A stretch of DNA of 50,900 bases from positions 1-50,900 of the IMG/VR virus record IMGVR_UViG_3300010047_000005. One strand, written 5' to 3'. Below the pieces are notes generated by a model. It saw nothing but the letters and a program-made list of their open reading frames with translations, had not been told where the DNA came from and made no database searches. Source of the stretch: a virus (Duplodnaviria; Caudoviricetes). Positions 46,418 to 50,900 of this stretch are shown here, piece after piece; within the stretch, counting starts at the first letter, position 1, and the number at the start of each line of letters is the position of its first letter. Position numbers and translations under genes: made by a program.

Positions 46418-46540
46418 CTAGTTCCGACGCCCGAACTTCTGCTCGGCGTTGGGGGTCTGTTGGGCCGGCTGTTGAACCGGCTTCCCGTTGACCTTCCCGC
46501 CTACCGCCTTGACCTCAACCTGACGCTCTGCACGTGCCAT
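46418..46540 (-). CDS. Small protein, 40 aa
   Basis: Manual translation MARAERQVEVKAVGGKVNGKPVQQPAQ..; GGAGG RBS. Confidence 0.55.
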   Translation of the reverse strand: MARAERQVEVKAVGGKVNGKPVQQPAQQTPNAEQKFGRRN

Positions 46541-46618
46541 GATGGGTACCTCCGGTCTGTCGGGCCGGTCGGGGAGCGGAGTCTGTGAGGGTCTTCCGCT
46601 CCCCTTCTTCGTGCCTTC

Positions 46619-46649
46619 ACCATAGCAGTACGTACGCCCTATACGTCAA
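46619..46649 (-). promoter_or_regulatory. Promoter with variant conserved motif, FtsK operon
   Basis: TTGACG-TATAGGGCGTACGTAC-TGC-TATGGT. Confidence 0.65.
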
Positions 46650-47604
46650 GCGTTCCCGGAAGAATCCTTCTGGTGTGCCCTTCTGGCCCTTCTGGCGCGC
46701 CTTCTGTCCATGCTCAGGAGGTAGTGCAGGACGCTCACGGCGCCTATGCAGAACACGGGCAGGCACGACACGAAGATCGTTACCTCGTTCGGGGCCTTCG
46801 TCTGGCCAGAAGTCGCCAGGAGGTGATAGGCCACCTGCCCGAACGCGCCGAGGATCAGGGCCACGAACCCCGAGATCGCCGCGAAGACCCGCGTGCGCTT
46901 CGAGCCCCGGCCGTTGAGGAACGACCGCAGCGCGTAGCCCGCGTACGCCTCGATCCCGAGAGGGAGGGCGATCGCGGTATTCAGGGACAGGAGCGCCGTC
47001 CCGTCATCCCGAGTGAAGCCCGGCAGAAGGTCCATGGTTCCGAACCCGGTCATCTTGCCGAGGCCCACCCACCCGGACCAGACGGCGACGAAGGCCGAGG
47101 CGGCGACGATCAGAATGGGCCAGCCCCGTTCCGGAAGGTCCTCCTCGTCGGCTTCCGGCAGGTCCTCTGTCCGCTTCTGGCGCCAGTTCTGGAAGCGCTG
47201 CCAGGCGGAAGGCTTCTTCTGCTCGTCTTCCGTTGCGGGTTCCGGGGCTTCTGCCAACGGTTCCGGGGTTTCTGTTGGGGCGCTCTGCTCCGGAGGGGTC
47301 GGAAGGGTCTCGGCTTCCGGGGCTTCCGACTCGTCTTCTGTCTCTTCTGGCGCGGCGCACGGGAGGTAGGGGATGAGCTTCTGGATTCTGTATTGCTTCT
47401 GGGGGCCGCACTTCGCGCCAGAAGGTGACGGGTACAGCTCATCCACGACGGCGCCGATCGCGGCGGGACCGATCGCCTTCGGGACGGTCCAGTCAACGCC
47501 GGCCTTCTGGGCATCCTGCCGGAGCCGAGCGACGACAGCCTCGTCTTCTGTATCCCAGAAGAGGGGACGCTCCTCGCCTGGAATCTCGATCTTCTGCTTA
47601 GCAT
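46646..47604 (-). CDS. Spd/DUF2637-like membrane protein (plasmid/AICE spread-type)
   Basis: Acidic PE-rich linker, then four TM segments: AFVAVWSGWVGLG, NTAIALPLGIEAY, LGAFGQVAYHLL, VSCLPV. Confidence 0.65.
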
Positions 47605-47732
47605 TGGTCACGGCCGGGCCTCCTGTCCGAGGTTCTGGCTCGGTTCCGGGGGGCGCGTTGCGGGCGTTCCCTCGGAGCCTTTAACTTATAGGGTGTAAGT
47701 ACCCTAGCAGAAGGTGCCAGAAGGGAACCGGA

Positions 47733-47984
47733 ATGGCTCAGAAGGTGAAGGTTCAGCTCGCGGCGTACGGCGAGACGAACCAGAAGATCGAGGGCACGGA
47801 CTACGAGTACGAGGTCGAGCAGGAGGAGTTGCGTCTTCTGGCTATTCCGGAGGGCTACACGTGGCCAGAAGGGACCCGGTACCTCGGGTTCTGGCTGCCG
47901 GACTTCTCGCAGATGTTTATCAAGATCGTGCCGGTCGACCCGGCCGAGGAGCTCAACGACAACCCGATGGGCGTCGCCCAGTAG
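47733..47984 (+). CDS. Hypothetical acidic protein
   Basis: 83 aa, AAGGGA RBS, divergent from the Spd-like gene. Confidence 0.75.
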   Translation: MAQKVKVQLAAYGETNQKIEGTDYEYEVEQEELRLLAIPEGYTWPEGTRYLGFWLPDFSQMFIKIVPVDPAEELNDNPMGVAQ

Positions 47985-47996
47985 CTACCGGACAGC

Positions 47997-48034
47997 AGAG
48001 AGCCCCCGACCGGAACCGGAATCGGGGGCTCTCT
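47997..48034. terminator. Bidirectional terminator hairpin
   Basis: agagagcccccga...tcgggggctctct between convergent genes. Confidence 0.7.
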
Positions 48035-48063
48035 TCGTGGGGGTCGTGCGCCGTAGGGGGAGC

Positions 48064-48318
48064 CTACTCGCTCTCGACCCGGATCGGGGGGAGGTTGCTC
48101 GGCGGGAGCACCTGCCGAGCGATGTACGACAGGCCGGCCGTGAGCGCCGACTTGCCGGCCAACGCCAGAAGCGTGAGCCAGAAGCCGCCCGACCAAGCGA
48201 AGTCGGAGCCGTTGACGGCCGGGACGACGACGAGCAGGACGGCCGCGATCACGTCCGCGAGCAGCCCTTGCACGAGGGTGCGGAACGCCCGGGTTCGGGC
48301 GTCTAGCTTCGGGTCCAT
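48064..48318 (-). CDS. Holin
   Basis: DARTRAFRTLVQGL..; two TM segments; KSALTAGLSYIAR. Confidence 0.75.
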   Translation of the reverse strand: MDPKLDARTRAFRTLVQGLLADVIAAVLLVVVPAVNGSDFAWSGGFWLTLLALAGKSALTAGLSYIARQVLPPSNLPPIRVESE

Positions 48319-48352
48319 CGGTCCCCCTCGGTAGATCCCTGAGCGTGAGTGC

Positions 48353-48787
48353 TCACCCACCATTATTCCTCCTGGCTCGTCGGGCGCGTGCGCCATCGTT
48401 CGTGCATATCTTGCACCTCCGACGCCCGTCTTTCCGGGCGCTCAGATTGTCGCCTTCGAGCGGGTGGCCACGAAGGCAGATGTTCTCTCGGTGGGCGACC
48501 ATGTAGATCCCATCACCTCGAATCAAGTTGGTGCCCCAAGTCACGGGCTCTAGGTGATCGGGGTTAACGCACGACCGCACCCGGCATAGGTGGTCGAGGG
48601 CTAGGCCGTCCGGAATCGGCCCTCGGTAAGTCATATAGGAAAATCGGTGAGCGAGGTACCGAACCTTCTCGTATCGAAGAGTTCCGTATCCGTCCGGATT
48701 CTTGTACTTAAGCCAAAGCCAGCATCCGTTGTCGTCGACAGTGCTGGCTTTGGCTATGCGTTCCTCGGCGGTCAAGTTAAGCGGCAT
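48353..48787 (-). CDS. HNH homing endonuclease
   Basis: GCWLW..GYG..AHRFSY..DHLCRVRSCVNPDHLEPVT..N; CLRGH..CKIC. Confidence 0.92.
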   Translation of the reverse strand: MPLNLTAEERIAKASTVDDNGCWLWLKYKNPDGYGTLRYEKVRYLAHRFSYMTYRGPIPDGLALDHLCRVRSCVNPDHLEPVTWGTNLIRGDGIYMVAHRENICLRGHPLEGDNLSARKDGRRRCKICTNDGARARRARRNNGG

Positions 48788-48807
48788 TCGCCCACGGTAT
48801 CACACTC

Positions 48808-49329
48808 CTATACCGCTTCGCCTATGAGCCATTGCTCAACGGTGGTCCCGAGCTTCTCGGCCGCATCTTGGGGAGTTGCCGCGCCCGGCACTGCGTCGAG
48901 CAATGCGAGGCACCCGTCGAGCTGGGAAAGGATCACGTCGTATGCGCGCTTTCCCGTGAGCGCCACATTCCTTTTAGCGAGCAGCTCATCACGGCTCATC
49001 ATCTGGAATAGGGCCTGAGTGTGGTACGCCTTTCCCTCCCCGTCGTATCGCTTCACGCCGAGGTATGCCGTCTTCGTTATCAGGCGCCCGTCGTGGGATA
49101 CCGCGACCGTGCGACCCTCCTTCATGACGGCCTTCAGGATGTACGCGGCGCCGCGCTGCTCGCAGTCGAGGAGCACGCGGCGAGCCCAGTCGGTACCGCT
49201 ATCGCGCTCCATGCGTAATAGGCGAAGGAATTCCTCTGAGCGGTCGCCGCTCTTTTCCTTCGTGTTGTACACGTGTTGCGCAAGCTCGTCGAGTTCCCGC
49301 TTCTCTTGCGCGGTCAGAAAGTATTTCAA
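48808..49329 (-). CDS. Hypothetical protein
   Basis: 173 aa ORF coupled to the upstream gene. Confidence 0.75.
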   Translation of the reverse strand: MKYFLTAQEKRELDELAQHVYNTKEKSGDRSEEFLRLLRMERDSGTDWARRVLLDCEQRGAAYILKAVMKEGRTVAVSHDGRLITKTAYLGVKRYDGEGKAYHTQALFQMMSRDELLAKRNVALTGKRAYDVILSQLDGCLALLDAVPGAATPQDAAEKLGTTVEQWLIGEAV

Positions 49330-50195
49330 GCCTTCCCTCCTTTAACCATCCGCAAGCCGGACTTGCGGAAGCCGATCACCCTTTCCATGAATTCGCTCAT
49401 GGATTTAATGGTGTGCTCCAGCGTGGCTATTTCCTCATTCGAGGCGAGCTCGGCGACTTGACCCGGGCTGAATTTCAGGAACTCCGTCGAGCGCGTTAGC
49501 TGCTTCAGGAATTCGTGCATGTATTGGTTGACCTCGACCCGGGCCACGGCTTCCGAGTAGCGCTCGTCGTTGACGACCTCGGGCGCTGGTAGCGGCGTGA
49601 AGGGGTCGAGGCGTGATGCCTCCGTGCGCTGAGCGGCGCGTTCCTCCTGTAGGGTATGCATCCTCTGCTCAGGGGTGCGCAGGCAGTAGGGGCACCCCCC
49701 CACCTTGTCGACCGTGGCGACCAGGGAGACATGGGAGGGGTCGGCGGGGCAGCGCCACGAGAACGGGTCGAGCTCTACGACGTTCATCTTCTCGGGCTGC
49801 ACGGCCTCGCGGATCGCTGCTGCGGTCGGCTTCCCGTCCGTGATCTCGACGACCTTCTGCCACACCTCGGCGCGCTGCCCCTCGGGGACCTTCCCAAGTT
49901 CGCGGGTCTGGCGCTCGTTGGGTAGTTGATCTCTGTCTACCATGGTAGACGAAGATCCAATTACTTCACGAACGATCTCGGCGTGATTCAGCATCTGGTA
50001 CGCCCGGGGTCTGGACACTTGGAACTCTTCAATCGCGTACTCGAGCCACGACGAGTAACCCAGCGCGTCCCACGCCCCACTTTCATAGGTGGCAAGGAAT
50101 AGCACGGCGGTCTGCTTATAGGAGTCCCGGGCTCGATTGGTCAACCCCCGAGCTTCCTCCGGAGAGATGCTCGCCCTCGGCTCGATCTCGCTCAT
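49326..50195 (-). CDS. Hypothetical protein, possibly DNA-binding
   Basis: AWDALGYSSWLEY..FQVSRPRAYQM (HTH-like), PNERQTREL, KPTAAAIREAV. Confidence 0.75.
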   Translation of the reverse strand: MSEIEPRASISPEEARGLTNRARDSYKQTAVLFLATYESGAWDALGYSSWLEYAIEEFQVSRPRAYQMLNHAEIVREVIGSSSTMVDRDQLPNERQTRELGKVPEGQRAEVWQKVVEITDGKPTAAAIREAVQPEKMNVVELDPFSWRCPADPSHVSLVATVDKVGGCPYCLRTPEQRMHTLQEERAAQRTEASRLDPFTPLPAPEVVNDERYSEAVARVEVNQYMHEFLKQLTRSTEFLKFSPGQVAELASNEEIATLEHTIKSMSEFMERVIGFRKSGLRMVKGGKA

Positions 50196-50395
50196 GCCTT
50201 CCCACCAATCTGGCCCACGTAGAAGGCCCTCATCTGTCGTTCGTAGTGTCGGCGCGCGGCCGAGTTCGCTATGCCGTTAGCGGCCCACACGCAGGGCCAG
50301 ACGACGAGCCACGCACCGCAGGTGAAGAGCGAGGCGAGCAGGTGGAATGTGTGCGACGTGTGCCGGTAGATCGGCGGCGTCGGCGATGGGGGCAT
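50192..50395 (-). CDS. Small membrane protein
   Basis: HTFHLLASLFTCGAWLVVW; GGAGGG RBS. Confidence 0.65.
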   Translation of the reverse strand: MPPSPTPPIYRHTSHTFHLLASLFTCGAWLVVWPCVWAANGIANSAARRHYERQMRAFYVGQIGGKA

Positions 50396-50483
50396 GCTGC
50401 CCTCCGAGCGGACGGGACTTAGGACGGGACGGCCCGGCACCCCCCGTCCTTCCGGGCGCCGGGCCGCGCGTACAGCGTATACG

Positions 50484-50714
50484 TTACTTGCCGAAGATGC
50501 CCCATAGGCCGCCCACGATGGAGACCGCGAGTAGGACCGCGCCTCCCGCTTTCGCTAGCCAGCGCCACGGGATCGCGTTCGCCTCGACGAGCTCGAACCG
50601 CTCGCGAAGATCGGCGAGGTCGCAGGCCATAGGGCGCACGATGTCGCGGAGCTCCTGCACCTCGCGGTAGATCTCGTGCAGGGTGATCCGGACAGCAGGC
50701 TCCGGCGCGGTCAC
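50484..50714 (-). CDS. Lysis-cassette membrane protein (coiled coil plus C-terminal TM)
   Basis: GTG overlaps the endolysin TGA; ITLHEIYREVQ..GAVLLAVSIVGGLWGIF. Confidence 0.75.
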   Translation of the reverse strand: MTAPEPAVRITLHEIYREVQELRDIVRPMACDLADLRERFELVEANAIPWRWLAKAGGAVLLAVSIVGGLWGIFGK

Positions 50715-50778
50715 CGGACGCCGTATTCGATCGACATGCTCACCGACCCGAGGCACGTATCGGCCGCGTCGACGGGTT
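50711..50778 (-). CDS. Endolysin 3' end (continuation of 817..1)
   Basis: Frame continues EPVDAADTCLGSVSMSIEYGVR* to TGA at 50711. Confidence 0.8.
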
Positions 50779-50898
50779 CCCTGATGACGGACAGCCCCCG
50801 GGTTCCGGTCTTGAGTTGGACATTGAAGATCTTCCCACTCTCGACGGTGACGCGCGGCTCGCCGCCCGGGGCGATCGGGACTCCGAGGAACGACCACG
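50779..50898. repeat. Terminal direct repeat, copy 2
   Basis: Identical to 1-120. Confidence 0.95.
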
Positions 50899-50900
50899 AG

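Larger units (their letters stand above)
46085..47895. repeat. Dense field of CTTCTG(G)/CCAGAAG short repeats
   Basis: Examples at 46085, 46159, 46379, 46392, 46411, 46667, 46680, 46689, 47174, 47344, 47378, 47396, 47504; reverse copies at 47417, 47555, 47717, 47780, 47865. Confidence 0.7.

Noticed and set aside
50779-50900. Terminal repeat as a biological direct terminal repeat
   Set aside because: It falls mid-endolysin and looks like an assembler overlap; it shows circularity, not packaging ends
1-50900. Integrase, ParA or classical CI repressor
   Set aside because: No tyrosine or serine recombinase or ParA motifs recognised; lifestyle remains undetermined

Overview
This window is an essentially complete, high-GC actinobacterial siphophage genome. 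Bases 1-120 recur at 50779-50898, so it closes as a circle of about 50.8 kb, and an amidase endolysin gene spans the junction. Following the minus strand around the circle: terS, terL (class 3 LAGLIDADG intein in the Walker A motif), a degenerate tRNA-like element, endolysin, membrane proteins and holin, an Spd-like/FtsK module, EndoVII, portal, MuF (intein), protease, a glycosyltransferase/methyltransferase block, two capsid proteins, tail genes, HNH and another glycosyltransferase. The early region has Rep plus DnaC-like loader, RuvC-like, RecE-like, Rad52/Sak, beta-clamp-like, WhiB and BldC-like genes. I recognised no integrase or ParA. The standout is the MuF intein (39519-40415, minus). 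Where an in-frame endonuclease would normally sit, it nests an HTH plus Vsr/DUF559-like nuclease gene on the opposite strand, with a candidate TATAAT box and RBS written into the intein's splicing-motif codons. Other notable items are an FtsK/Spd-like cassette with a dense CTTCTGG repeat field, a repeated promoter/operator motif, and A/T-recoded patches next to homing endonucleases. All family calls come from motif recognition by eye; no searches were run.
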